A stretch of 64,000 nt of DNA from Candidatus Pelagibacter sp. (GTDB lineage: Bacteria > Pseudomonadota > Alphaproteobacteria > Paracaedibacterales > CAIOTO01). The notes under the pieces were generated by a model. It was given only the letters and a program-made list of their open reading frames with translations. It made no database searches and was not told where the DNA came from. Position numbers and translations under genes: made by a program. Position 1 is the first letter of the stretch. Each line of letters opens with the position of its first letter. The stretch lies in contig PNMQ01000004.1 in assembly GCA_013823725.1 (NCBI GenBank), positions 33,569 to 97,568 on the forward strand, written 5' to 3'. Shown one piece after another: positions 39,657 through 49,714 of this stretch.

Positions 39657-41078
39657 TTACCAAAGGCCAAGAACTTTCCACCATAGTCCGCCACCACATA
39701 TCCAAATGATAAGATTAATAATACTGACTATAAATCCAATTTTCCACCAATCACCTAATTTAACGTAATTTGCACCAAAAACAATAGCACCCGCAGTTGT
39801 TCCATAATGCGTCATACTTGAAAATAAACTACTAAAAAATGCAAGCAAGAGTGCTGCAACTAAAGGAGGAGCTCCTATAGAAATACTAACAGCTAAAAAT
39901 GCAGCATACATTGAAGATACATGTGCTGTGTTGCTTGCAAAAAAGTAGTGACTATAAAAATAACATAAGGATAAAAATAGGAATCCCTTTTGCCAAGGCC
40001 AATCGACTACAAATCTTGAAATATTTTGGCTAAACCAAGATATAAAACCAAACTTATCAAGGTAGGTCGACAATGTAACAAGAACCGCAAGCCAGATGAA
40101 TGTATTCCATGCTTCCTTTTCATTCATCACATCTTTCCAATCAATGATTTTCAAAACGATTGTTAAGACTAAACCTAATAAGGCTGCTGTTGAAGCACCA
40201 ACGCCCGTTTGTTTTGCAAAAATCCAAAAAAACAGAATTAGACAAAAAATACCAATCATCGTTTTTTCTTTAGAACTTAATGGTCCTAATTTTTCTAATT
40301 GATCACGGGAAAATTCTTTTGAATTTTTAATAACTTTTAATTCAGGTGGATAAATCCAATATAAAACCAAAGGAATAACCAACAAGCTAATCAACCCAGG
40401 AACACTAGCAGCAACAAACCAAGAAACCCAAGTAATTTCAACATTTTGTTTTGCCGCTAAGCTTTGCGCCATTGGGTTTGCAGCCATCGCAGTTAAAAAC
40501 ATTGCACTGGATATTAAATTACTTTGAAAAGTGACTTGATACAAAAAGGATCCTAATTTTCTTTCCGTACCATGTTCAGGGGAACTACCCAAAGTTTCAG
40601 AAATAGACTGGATAATTGGAAGCATCACACCACCGGTACGCGCGGAATTACTAGGCATAAAAGGTGCAATCAACACTTCTGTAATAGCTATTCCGTATCC
40701 CAAACCAAGAGTGCTTCGCCCCAAAAGACCCACAAAGATATAAGCTAATCTTGTTCCTAACTGAGTTTTAATAAACCCACGGGCGATAAAAAAAACAAGA
40801 ACAACCAGCCAAATTACTTGATTCGAAAACCCTGCCATTCCTTCTTCAAAGGTTAAAACATTTGTTAGTACAGTTACCAAAAGACCTAATAACGCAATAA
40901 AAGGCATAGGGTATGGCTTAAGTACAATTGCTGTAATCGTAGCCACAAAAATAGAAAATAAGTGCCAAGCTTTAGGCTCTAAACCTACCGGAATAGGCAT
41001 CAGATAGATAGATAGACCAATAATAATCGAGAAAAATATTTTTAAATTTGTTGCATTCATTTTTATCTTATTCTCCAA
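39657..41078 (-). CDS. DASS-family (SLC13-like) anion/dicarboxylate transporter
   Basis: 473 aa polytopic with the hairpin-tip motif SNSARTGG. The overall pattern resembles 2-oxoglutarate/malate translocators and CitT-like carriers. Confidence 0.7.
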   Translation of the reverse strand: MENKIKMNATNLKIFFSIIIGLSIYLMPIPVGLEPKAWHLFSIFVATITAIVLKPYPMPFIALLGLLVTVLTNVLTFEEGMAGFSNQVIWLVVLVFFIARGFIKTQLGTRLAYIFVGLLGRSTLGLGYGIAITEVLIAPFMPSNSARTGGVMLPIIQSISETLGSSPEHGTERKLGSFLYQVTFQSNLISSAMFLTAMAANPMAQSLAAKQNVEITWVSWFVAASVPGLISLLVIPLVLYWIYPPELKVIKNSKEFSRDQLEKLGPLSSKEKTMIGIFCLILFFWIFAKQTGVGASTAALLGLVLTIVLKIIDWKDVMNEKEAWNTFIWLAVLVTLSTYLDKFGFISWFSQNISRFVVDWPWQKGFLFLSLCYFYSHYFFASNTAHVSSMYAAFLAVSISIGAPPLVAALLLAFFSSLFSSMTHYGTTAGAIVFGANYVKLGDWWKIGFIVSIINLIIWICGGGLWWKVLGLW

Positions 41079-41568
41079 TTTACAAAAAACACAAAATCTT
41101 AATTTTATAAAACTAAATATTTATTATCTTTGATAGTTTCCCACATAATAGCAAAAATTTCAAAAAAATGCTTTCTTTTAAAAATCTGTTAAAATTAATG
41201 ATGCTGAACAAACACCTCACATTGTTATTAAAAAAATTTAAAATATAGTATCCACATATAAGTTAGCAAGATGAACTAAATCACCTTATTCCTCTGAAAT
41301 GAGATCATCACTCCTATGTTTTTTCATCAGTCTAAATCTACTATTTAATATACACTGAAGGGAAAGTGTAGGAGTTTTTTTGGTTACAAAGCACAATAAA
41401 TTCGTGCTGACATCATATATGCATCTCTTGCGTTTATTTTCATAGTCAAAAAAAATGCCACAAAAAAATTATTATGGCTAAAAAACATGGCACCGTAATA
41501 TAACATGGCTTTCCCAAAACGATTTTGATATATTTTATATGATATATATAAAAAAAGGATACTGTAAC

Positions 41569-43866
41569 ATGTCTAATAATGTTTTTGATGAATCAGTCAT
41601 CTACCATAGAAGAAAACCATACGGAAAACTTTCGGTTGTTCCAACGAAACCTCTAGATGACCGTGAAGATCTTGCTTTAGCTTATTCTCCAGGTGTTGCT
41701 GAACCTTGCAGGCTTATTCAAAATAACCCTCTAGAATCATTAGAATTAACATCAAGAGGAAACCTCGTCGCTGTTATTTCAAACGGGACAGCAGTTTTAG
41801 GATTAGGAAACATTGGTGCTTTAGCTTCAAAACCGGTGATGGAAGGCAAAGCTGCTTTATTTAAAAAATTTGGTAACATTGATTCTTTCGATATTGAAAT
41901 TGATGAAACAGACCCTGACAAACTTGTTGAAATTATTGCTTCACTTGAACCTACATTTGGAGGTATCAACCTTGAAGACATTAAAGCTCCTGAATGTTTT
42001 TATGTTGAACAAAAATTAAAAGAACGCATGAAAATTCCTGTGTTCCACGATGATCAACATGGAACAGCTGTTATCGTTGCGGCTGCAACACAAAATGCTT
42101 TGGAGCTTTTGGGAAAAAACATTCAAGATGTTAAACTTGTCGCATCTGGTGCTGGCGCTGGTGCAATGGCTTGTTTAAACTTGCTTATGCATATAGGTAT
42201 CAAAAGAGAAAACATTACAGTTTGTGATAGTAAAGGTGCAATTCATTCCGGTCGTGAAGATATAAAGGACCCTTATAAAAAAGCGTTCATGATAGAAACA
42301 CCCAATAGAACTTTGAAAGATGCCTTAAGAGGTGCAGACATGTTCTTAGGTCTATCTGTTGCAAATGTTTTTGACGAAGAAATGATTGCTTCACTAGCCC
42401 CTAACCCGCTAATTTTAGCTCTAGCAAATCCAAATCCAGAAGTAACTCCTGAACAAATTCTCAAAGTAAGATCTGATGCCATTATCGCAACAGGACGATC
42501 TGACTACCCCAACCAAGTCAACAACGTTCTATGTTTTCCTTACTTGTTCAGAGGTGCTCTAGATGTAGGTGCGTCATGCATTAACGAAGAAATGAAAATT
42601 GCTGCCGTTGATGCTATTGCAAGACTTGCCAAAGCAGAAACAACAGATGTTGTAGCCAACGCTTACGGTGGTGAAGTTCACCGTTTTGGCAGAGACTATA
42701 TTATTCCAAAACCATTTGACCGTCGTCTCTACATGGAAATTGCTGCAGCTGTGGCAAGAGCTGCTATGGACACAGGCGTAGCAACAAAACCAATTCAAGA
42801 TTTTGCAACGTATCTTCATGATCTTGAAAGTTATGTGTACAGATCAACTTCTTTCATGAGACCTATTTTTGAAATTGCTAAATCTGAAAAAGCAAAAGGT
42901 ACACGTATCTGTTTTGCTGAAGGTGAAGACAACCGTGTTTTACAAGCTGCTCAAGGTCTGGCAGATCGTGGCATAGGTCATTCTGTTTTAATTGGCCGTC
43001 CAGAAGTGATTAAATGGAGAATAGACCATTTAGGGTTACGAATAGTTGAAGATAAGGATTTCACCATTGTAGACCCGAACAGCGATAGCCGTTTCCAAAA
43101 ATATTGGCAAACTTATCATTCTCTTATGGAACGAAAAGGTGTTAGCCCAGACGATGCAAAAATTCATGTAAGAAGCAAAAACTCTTTAATTGCTGCTTTG
43201 GCTGTACGTTTGGGAGATGCTGACGTTTCTATTGCGGGATTAACAGGACGCTATATAGAGCACTTTAGGACTTTCAGGCAAATTCTGGGGCTTGATAAAG
43301 ATGCCGACATATGTGCTGCCGTAACACCGCTTATCTTGCCGTCAGGACCACTTTTCCTTTGTGACCCATATGTCAACGAAGATCCAACCGCGGATGAACT
43401 CGTAGAAATCACAGAATTAGCGATGAAGCAAGTTCGTCAATTTGGATTAACACCAAAAGTTGCACTTGTTTCCCATTCTAATTTTGGAACATCGTCGCTT
43501 CCTTCTGCAAAGAAATTAAGAGAAGTTAGAGATATTTTAGCTTATCAATATCCGGACTTAGAAATTGATGGAGAAATGCATGCTCATTTAGCCTTAGATG
43601 AAGACGCACGTTCTAAATTTTTCCCCAATTCCAATTTAAAAGGAATGGCTAATTTACTTATTTTCCCCAATATTGAATCTGCTAATATTTCATATAATTT
43701 AATAAAAACTTTAACAGAATGTCCAACCCTCGATCCTATCCTCATGGGACTTAATGGAGTAGCACACGTACTTAGCCAAACAGCTTCTGTAAGAACCATA
43801 TTAAACATGTCAACATTAGCTGTCGCAGAATTTCAAGGACGCAAAGCTTTATCCTCATCAGAATAA
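41569..43866 (+). CDS. maeB: NADP-dependent malic enzyme (MaeB type, with C-terminal phosphotransacetylase-like domain)
   Basis: YSPGVAEPC, the FHDDQHGTA block and the Rossmann loop [11 protein letters not shown] ~330-aa PTA-like C-terminal half follows. AAGGA lies upstream of the ATG at 41569; the ORF track begins at 41539. Confidence 0.9.
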   Translation: MSNNVFDESVIYHRRKPYGKLSVVPTKPLDDREDLALAYSPGVAEPCRLIQNNPLESLELTSRGNLVAVISNGTAVLGLGNIGALASKPVMEGKAALFKKFGNIDSFDIEIDETDPDKLVEIIASLEPTFGGINLEDIKAPECFYVEQKLKERMKIPVFHDDQHGTAVIVAAATQNALELLGKNIQDVKLVASGAGAGAMACLNLLMHIGIKRENITVCDSKGAIHSGREDIKDPYKKAFMIETPNRTLKDALRGADMFLGLSVANVFDEEMIASLAPNPLILALANPNPEVTPEQILKVRSDAIIATGRSDYPNQVNNVLCFPYLFRGALDVGASCINEEMKIAAVDAIARLAKAETTDVVANAYGGEVHRFGRDYIIPKPFDRRLYMEIAAAVARAAMDTGVATKPIQDFATYLHDLESYVYRSTSFMRPIFEIAKSEKAKGTRICFAEGEDNRVLQAAQGLADRGIGHSVLIGRPEVIKWRIDHLGLRIVEDKDFTIVDPNSDSRFQKYWQTYHSLMERKGVSPDDAKIHVRSKNSLIAALAVRLGDADVSIAGLTGRYIEHFRTFRQILGLDKDADICAAVTPLILPSGPLFLCDPYVNEDPTADELVEITELAMKQVRQFGLTPKVALVSHSNFGTSSLPSAKKLREVRDILAYQYPDLEIDGEMHAHLALDEDARSKFFPNSNLKGMANLLIFPNIESANISYNLIKTLTECPTLDPILMGLNGVAHVLSQTASVRTILNMSTLAVAEFQGRKALSSSE

Positions 43867-43892
43867 TAAAAGTCCTTACTACCTATCTATTT

Positions 43893-43927
43893 CACCCCTT
43901 TGATTCATATCTTAGGGGTGTTTTTTT
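43893..43927 (+). terminator. Rho-independent terminator after maeB
   Basis: Stem CACCCCT (43893-43899) / AGGGGTG (43914-43920), a 14-nt loop, then TTTTTTT (43921-43927). Confidence 0.7.
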
Positions 43928-44036
43928 AGTAACGCCTTGCAAAAATAAGCGCTAAAAACGTATTGATAGTTGTAAAAGATGATAAAAATCATTATTCTTA
44001 CAAGACATTAAAAAACCCTAAAATAAATATAACGAG

Positions 44037-45368
44037 GTGTATCACATTAAGAAAAAAAACCTATTTCACGTCCTAAGCAAAATGATTCCCTTGTCGTCAA
44101 ACATAGGAATTCTTATTGCATATAGAATATTACTTGTGAACATACTTTCTGATTTTGACGAATCGTATTCTAATGCAGCCTCCCATATTCTTGTAGTGCT
44201 GGGTCTATTGGCTTTTCCCTATTATTTTTCTACGGGAACAGCTCTACAGATTAAAAGAAAAATTACAGAAAAGTTAGATAAAAATAATATTTTAAATACG
44301 ATATATGTATCCTTATTTCTTAATCTCGTATTAAGTTTATGCACTTCACTTCTTTTTTACTTTTTCACACAAGATGCTCTACAACTTTTAAGTCAGCCAC
44401 CAGAAATCATTTCACCTACCGTTCATTTTGTTCAAAATTATTCTAAAGGGTTAATATTTTATTCGTTAATTCACTGCTTTCAACATATTCTTATCGGTTT
44501 AAATAGAGTATCGCATTCTTCGTATATGAATATTTTTTCTCATGCTATGCATTTGTTTTTCATATGGGGTTATTTTACGTACTTAAAAAATTATCAAGGC
44601 ATCGAATTTAAATACCTAGACTATAGTTGGCATCAGCCTCTCATTTTTTCAAGTTGCGTTATTTTAATTTTAGGATATGTATACAGCAAAAATTATTTTC
44701 ACAGTAAAATGTACATAAAATTGAAATGGAACGCCGTCCAATCCGAGATAGCTAAAATATTTAAAATCAGCTTTCCTTCAGCAATTCAAAACATTCACGG
44801 AACAGTGGTTCACCTTTCTCATGTTGTATTAATTGGCATATTAGAACCAAACCTGTTAGTCATTTATCAAATATTTCTCAAAAATAATTTAATTGCTTTT
44901 GTCCTTATGTTTGGAACTGTTCAAGCTTTTGGATTAGATAATATTACATCTATTGTGCAACGCAATTTTAAGCAATACATAAAATCTCTTAAATCTTTCT
45001 TTATCATATACAGTGTTTTACTTTTCACGATTTCTATGATTTTCTACTTTTTTTTAACCTTTGAAATCAAACATGTCGAAAAAAACATCCAATATTATGG
45101 AATAATATTGGGTTTTTTTATGATGAATATTTCATATTATATTGTATGCATTAGAAATATTTTGATAGCAACGCTTATCAATCTAAAAGATACTGTTATT
45201 CCGCCTTTTATATCCACATGCTTAAGTTTAGGACTGGGTATTCCACTAAGTCTCTACTTAGGATCCACAATACCTATATTAATAGGCATTAGCATTGGTG
45301 TGATTGCTCATTATGCAGTAGCTAGTTTTTATTTGTTAAAGAGAATTAAACATTTTTGGAATACATAA
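44037..45368 (+). CDS. Polytopic membrane protein, possibly MATE/MOP-superfamily exporter
   Basis: 443 aa with about 12 hydrophobic helices in two halves. The second half opens with IAKIFKISFPSAIQN, reminiscent of MATE repeat starts. Weak call; the GTG start is uncertain. Confidence 0.35.
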   Translation: MYHIKKKNLFHVLSKMIPLSSNIGILIAYRILLVNILSDFDESYSNAASHILVVLGLLAFPYYFSTGTALQIKRKITEKLDKNNILNTIYVSLFLNLVLSLCTSLLFYFFTQDALQLLSQPPEIISPTVHFVQNYSKGLIFYSLIHCFQHILIGLNRVSHSSYMNIFSHAMHLFFIWGYFTYLKNYQGIEFKYLDYSWHQPLIFSSCVILILGYVYSKNYFHSKMYIKLKWNAVQSEIAKIFKISFPSAIQNIHGTVVHLSHVVLIGILEPNLLVIYQIFLKNNLIAFVLMFGTVQAFGLDNITSIVQRNFKQYIKSLKSFFIIYSVLLFTISMIFYFFLTFEIKHVEKNIQYYGIILGFFMMNISYYIVCIRNILIATLINLKDTVIPPFISTCLSLGLGIPLSLYLGSTIPILIGISIGVIAHYAVASFYLLKRIKHFWNT

Positions 45369-45466
45369 ATCATCAGTTTAAAGGAACAGTTTCAATTTAT
45401 TTTCTTACTTTTTACTTCATTATGCATTAATATGAAAATATTAACGCATAAAGGAATTAAATTAAG

Positions 45467-45970
45467 GTGTTTGCAAATCATAGATTTGTTTTAAGAATGT
45501 TAATCTGTTTTTATTTTGCTCTTGCTAATAATGGACTATATTCAAACACACCTCAAATTAGCTCTAAATTTGCGGCCATAAAATTTAATAAGGTAAATCT
45601 GCATAGCGGTCCTGGTTTCAATTATCCCATAAAAACGTTTTTCTTTTCGATTTACAGACCCATTGAGATTGTTGCAAATTTTGATGTTTGGAGAATGATT
45701 CGCGATTTAGATGGCGAAACAGGTTGGGTTCACAAAAGCACCTTAACACCTAAAAAACATGGCCTTGTGATTAAGGACAACGTTAACCTTACCAAAAAAC
45801 CCGATTCTAATTCTGAAATCATAGCGCATTTAGAAAAAAACTCTGTTGTAAGAATAGAAAAGTGTGATGGACGATGGTGCAAAGCGTCTACAATAAAACA
45901 ACCTTCATTAGAAAATTTTCAATCATACAAAGGTTGGATTGATCAAAGCTCTCTTTGGGGTGTACTATAA
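45467..45970 (+). CDS. Exported double SH3-like protein (DUF1058/YgiM-like)
   Basis: Two SH3b-like units: VNLHSGPGFNYPI...WRMIRDLDGETGWVHKSTL and VNLTKKPDSNSEIIAHLEKNSVVRIEKCDGRWCKA...YKGWIDQSSLWGV. This is the pattern of an alphaproteobacterial conserved protein. Confidence 0.6.
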   Translation: MFANHRFVLRMLICFYFALANNGLYSNTPQISSKFAAIKFNKVNLHSGPGFNYPIKTFFFSIYRPIEIVANFDVWRMIRDLDGETGWVHKSTLTPKKHGLVIKDNVNLTKKPDSNSEIIAHLEKNSVVRIEKCDGRWCKASTIKQPSLENFQSYKGWIDQSSLWGVL

Positions 45971-45972
45971 CC

Positions 45973-46737
45973 ATGCATACGTGTGCCGAATGCGTGCTGA
46001 TTGCGCAAAACCTACAATATAGTGACTCATCAAGAAATAGCTTGCTGGTTTCTAATATTGATTTTGAAATCACCAAAGGCACAATTACAACTATTATTGG
46101 TCCAAATGGAGCAGGGAAAAGTACGTTACTAAAACTTATATTAGGCATATTAAAACCCTCAGGTGGCTCTATTATAAAGACCCCCGAACTAAAGATTGGT
46201 TACATGCCTCAAAAACTTGCCTTAGAAACAAGCTTACCTTTGCGGGTTAAAGACTTTTTAAATTTTTTTGCAGATCACAAAGATAATACGGCACATATTT
46301 TAAAAGAAGCATTTGAAGTGTTTGACATACGTCCTCTTTTGGATAAAAACGTTCACAATCTTTCTGGTGGAGAATGGCAAAGAATTCTTTTTTTAAGATC
46401 TATCATGAACAATCCAGACTTATTGATTTTGGATGAACCAGCCCAGTGCCTCGACTATAACAACCAAATTCATTTTTATCATTTTCTCAAACAATATGTT
46501 ATGGAAAATCAAGTCACTGTTATTCAGGTGTCCCATGATTTACATTTGGTTTGGGAAGATAGCAACCAAATTATATGTATGAATAAACATATATGCTGCA
46601 AAGGTTCGCCTGATAAAGTTTATAGACATGAACATTTTCAATCCCTTTTTAAAGGTTTTGCTCCTTATCAACACAATCATTCTCATCAAAACTGTGATCA
46701 TCACCATAATGAATTACATATCGAGGAGGTTGAATGA
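45973..46737 (+). CDS. znuC: Zinc ABC transporter ATP-binding protein
   Basis: Walker A GPNGAGKST, IGYMPQKL..LPL.V..FL (ZnuC-type), LSGGEWQR and LILDEP. The tail is His-rich: YQHNHSHQNCDHHHNELH. I prefer the ATG at 45973 over the TTG at 45955. Confidence 0.8.
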   Translation: MHTCAECVLIAQNLQYSDSSRNSLLVSNIDFEITKGTITTIIGPNGAGKSTLLKLILGILKPSGGSIIKTPELKIGYMPQKLALETSLPLRVKDFLNFFADHKDNTAHILKEAFEVFDIRPLLDKNVHNLSGGEWQRILFLRSIMNNPDLLILDEPAQCLDYNNQIHFYHFLKQYVMENQVTVIQVSHDLHLVWEDSNQIICMNKHICCKGSPDKVYRHEHFQSLFKGFAPYQHNHSHQNCDHHHNELHIEEVE

Positions 46738-47525
46738 CCAGACTTATATTTTCAGCTATTCTTCTAGGAATAACATTTGGAATTGTAGGATGTTTTTTAA
46801 TGTGGATGAGACATGCTTTTCTAAGCGACGCATTAAGTCATAGCGCTATTTTAGGTGTGTCCATAAGTGTTTTATTTGGTATTTCCCCATTGTGGGGGAT
46901 AACAGGAATAGGCCTTCTTATTGCGCTAAGTCTCTATTACCATAAGTACTGTTCCAACATTCCCAAAGATAGTTGGCTTAATCTTATATCTTACTCTTTT
47001 CTTGGACTAGGATATACCGTCACTCATTATCTTGCTCACCATAAGGGACTAACATTAGGGTATTTAGAATCTATTCTATTTGGCGACATCTTATTAATTA
47101 ATAATCACGATTTACAATTTATAACATTTTTTGCAATCTTCATTGTCTGCATTGTTTTTCTTTTTTGGAAAATGATTATTAGATCCATACTCGATACGGA
47201 ACTTGCCCAAATACACAATCCAAAATCTGCATATATTTTTCCTATTTTTCTGGGCATTTTAGTCATTCTATTAAGCCTGACATTACCCAAAGTGGGGGCA
47301 CTCCTTGTTCCTGGGATGCTTATAATGCCTGCTTGCTGCGCAGCATTAATTGCTAAGTCTCCAGAAAAAATGATTTTTATAGCCGTTATAATATCTATTT
47401 CTATTTTTTTAATGGGAATTTTTGCTGCCTTTCAATTTGATTTCCCTATTAGCCCCATGGCCGTCATTTGCGGTTTTGGAATCTTTATAGGCACCATAGG
47501 GTTGAAAAGATTAATGTCTCGATGA
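46734..47525 (+). CDS. znuB: Zinc/manganese ABC transporter permease (ABC-3 family)
   Basis: 263 aa with 8-9 TM helices. It overlaps the znuC stop by 4 nt, the typical ZnuB position. Confidence 0.75.
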   Translation: MTRLIFSAILLGITFGIVGCFLMWMRHAFLSDALSHSAILGVSISVLFGISPLWGITGIGLLIALSLYYHKYCSNIPKDSWLNLISYSFLGLGYTVTHYLAHHKGLTLGYLESILFGDILLINNHDLQFITFFAIFIVCIVFLFWKMIIRSILDTELAQIHNPKSAYIFPIFLGILVILLSLTLPKVGALLVPGMLIMPACCAALIAKSPEKMIFIAVIISISIFLMGIFAAFQFDFPISPMAVICGFGIFIGTIGLKRLMSR

Positions 47526-48136
47526 TTCTCTACTTAAAATACTTATTACAACATAACCTTCAAGTTATTACTCTAAATGCCATATTAAGCATAAGTCTTT
47601 TTGGATTGTCTTACGCATTATTTTTGAATAAATTCATGACACAAGAAGCTTTATTGTGCATTATTTTTTTCTTCACTGTTTTTCATATTTATCAAACAAC
47701 TCGATTATTCGAAGAAGATATTGACGATGGAAGTTTTGACATTGCATGTTCTTTATTTGGCAATATGTCGTGCTACATCATAGCTCGATCAGTTATGCTG
47801 ATTCTCTGTAATGGAATTATTTTATGGGGTTGTTTTTTTACCTTAAGTACAATGCTTCGCTTTCACAATGTTATTACATTTTACTATTTTCTTTACACGA
47901 CTCACCTATTCTTGTTTTTTATATCTATTCAATTGCTGATTTCTATCACGCAATTTCGCATTGACGCCTTGGCAATTTTTACATTAAACATCCCTTTTTT
48001 TATGCCCTACTACTTAAATTTAATGAACCTACCCCTTCAAAATACTCAAATATATTGGGCTTATGGTGCAGTCATGATACAACTTGGTATTTTTTTTCTG
48101 ATATCTGAGAACTTAATTTTTTACAGAAAACAATAA
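47522..48136 (+). CDS. ccmB: Heme exporter protein CcmB
   Basis: About 205 aa with six TM helices and the CcmB signature RLFEEDIDDGSFD (consensus F..D.EDGSL). Its ATG (47522) overlaps the znuB TGA as ATGA. Confidence 0.6.
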   Translation: MILYLKYLLQHNLQVITLNAILSISLFGLSYALFLNKFMTQEALLCIIFFFTVFHIYQTTRLFEEDIDDGSFDIACSLFGNMSCYIIARSVMLILCNGIILWGCFFTLSTMLRFHNVITFYYFLYTTHLFLFFISIQLLISITQFRIDALAIFTLNIPFFMPYYLNLMNLPLQNTQIYWAYGAVMIQLGIFFLISENLIFYRKQ

Positions 48137-48203
48137 AGACAAATTATATTTTTATTAAATATTTGATGTTATTATTTTTAAAATAATATTATTGGGTCTA
48201 TAC

Positions 48204-48551
48204 ATGATAGATGGTGTTCAAGAAAGAAAATTTCAAGAAGCTGGGAAAATCATTTTTAAAAAAGGGGACAACGGATTTGCTTGCTTTTTTATAGATTCAG
48301 GTTCGGTTGAGCTTTGGGACCACGTTAATGGAACAGACCAACTGAAATTCACCATTCATAAGGGTGGAATATTTGGTGAAATGGCACTTATAGATTCAGG
48401 CCCAAGGTCTCTGACAGCTAAAACAGGAAAAGAAGGAGCAACGTTAATCACAATTAAATCTGACTATGTTCAAAAAATATTAAAAGAATCTCATCCGTTC
48501 TTAAAAATTCTAGTCAGCCGATTGATTGAAAATTTAAGATCACGACCTTAA
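48204..48551 (+). CDS. Stand-alone cyclic-nucleotide-binding domain protein
   Basis: FKKGDNGFACFFIDSGSVELW...IFGEMALIDSGPRSLTAKT is a cNMP-binding beta-barrel with a phosphate-binding-cassette-like GEMAL...R. No HTH or other output domain follows. Confidence 0.7.
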   Translation: MIDGVQERKFQEAGKIIFKKGDNGFACFFIDSGSVELWDHVNGTDQLKFTIHKGGIFGEMALIDSGPRSLTAKTGKEGATLITIKSDYVQKILKESHPFLKILVSRLIENLRSRP

Positions 48552-48655
48552 ACCACATTTCTCTTCATACTTTTAGATATCTATTTTGACAAAACCATAG
48601 CTTTTTCTAATAAAATTATATATAATTTAGAAAGTTTTGTTTTATAGTTTCGTTT

Positions 48656-49096
48656 GTGAAATACAGTCCCCCTTCAAGAAGAGTTTCTCGTATTGCTTTT
48701 GTGCAATCTGTTTATCAATTTGAACAAACAGAAGTTCCTTTAAGTCAAATTGCTTCGCAATTTTTGACATATCATTTCCCTGACAAGCAAAGAAGCCATC
48801 CTGAAAGACAACCCGCGAATGAAGATTTTTATCTTGAATTAATACGTGGATTAGAACTTCACCTTGACGAAATTGATAACCTTATTGTTCAAAACTTAAC
48901 AGAAGAATGGTCTTTTGATAGAATCATTTCTATCATGAAAGCTGTATTACGTTGTTCATTATATGAATTAAAACATCAACCGCTTATACCTCACCCCGTT
49001 GTTATCAATGAATATGTTGAAATTACTAAGATGTTTGCAGATGACAAGGATGTTAAATTTATTAATGCCATTCTTGATAAATTATCAAAAAAATAA
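48656..49096 (+). CDS. nusB: Transcription antitermination factor NusB
   Basis: RIAFVQSVYQFE, LRCSLYEL, and VVINEYVEITKMF...KFINAILDKL. GTG start. Confidence 0.8.
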   Translation: MKYSPPSRRVSRIAFVQSVYQFEQTEVPLSQIASQFLTYHFPDKQRSHPERQPANEDFYLELIRGLELHLDEIDNLIVQNLTEEWSFDRIISIMKAVLRCSLYELKHQPLIPHPVVINEYVEITKMFADDKDVKFINAILDKLSKK

Positions 49097-49147
49097 ATAA
49101 TTTATTTGTAATTATTTATTACCATTAAAAAAAATGGTTTAATAATT

Positions 49148-49708
49148 ATGAATAATAAAAAAAATGGTTTAATTAGTTTAATAATTTTATTTATCGTATT
49201 AATTTTAGCCACAATTTATTTTGCATCCAATAATGCAACAAGAATGGGCGAATCTTTTTTGGATGATTCAAAGAATGAGAGCTCCCAAGACAGAAAAAAT
49301 AATGACACCATCGAAGTGTCAGAAGATGATGGTGATAAAAATAAAAAAGCTCAAAAAAGAATTGATAATCTAAAGCTTTTCCTAGAAGAGCCTTATTATA
49401 GGCTACCTGTTATTTTTGTCCCTGCAATTAAAACCAATAAACTAAAAGGTATTCTAAATATCCGTGTTGTCATGAAAATTGATCAACGCAAGGCATTCAA
49501 TATTGCCAAAAACCTTGTCCCAAGAATTACTGATGCTATTTTTGTAGATTTATTTAAAGCATTTAATCTTTTGTGGTACCCAAAATACGATCCAAATCCA
49601 AAAATTATTAAAAAAAGGATATTGAAAACCATTCAAGAAGTGTTAGGGAAAGGTGGAATAGATACTATTATCATTCAAGAATTTTTCTTCACTCGCTTTT
49701 CGCGATAA
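49148..49708 (+). CDS. FliL-like membrane-anchored protein
   Basis: N-terminal TM anchor. The body YYRLPVIFVPAIK...LNIRVVMKID...LVPRITDAIFVDL...IKKRILKTIQEVLG...IIIQEFFFTRF follows the FliL layout. Weak call. Confidence 0.4.
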   Translation: MNNKKNGLISLIILFIVLILATIYFASNNATRMGESFLDDSKNESSQDRKNNDTIEVSEDDGDKNKKAQKRIDNLKLFLEEPYYRLPVIFVPAIKTNKLKGILNIRVVMKIDQRKAFNIAKNLVPRITDAIFVDLFKAFNLLWYPKYDPNPKIIKKRILKTIQEVLGKGGIDTIIIQEFFFTRFSR

Positions 49709-49714
49709 TCTTAT

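Noticed and set aside
41351-41381. Hairpin TACACT-N8-AGTGTA followed by GGAG and a T7 run in the DASS/maeB spacer, a possible sRNA 3' end or terminator
   Set aside because: The stem is only 6 bp and is separated from the T-run by 4 nt. No upstream gene ends here. This is too weak to call without transcript data.
41488-41503. TGGCAC-N5-TATAA upstream of maeB, resembling the -24 element of a sigma-54 promoter (rpoN is present in the window)
   Set aside because: The -12 element lacks the conserved GC (TTGCA), so it does not satisfy the GG-N10-GC rule.
41718-43808. Antisense ORFs within maeB (41718..41981, 42273..42482, 42574..42819, 43584..43808)
   Set aside because: They are shadows of a gene with continuous malic-enzyme and PTA-domain similarity.
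47468-47521. Upstream extension of the ccmB ORF (track start 47468) overlapping znuB by 58 nt
   Set aside because: The extension encodes a non-hydrophobic, basic peptide inside znuB. The ATG at 47522 gives the classic ATGA stop-start overlap and a normal CcmB length.
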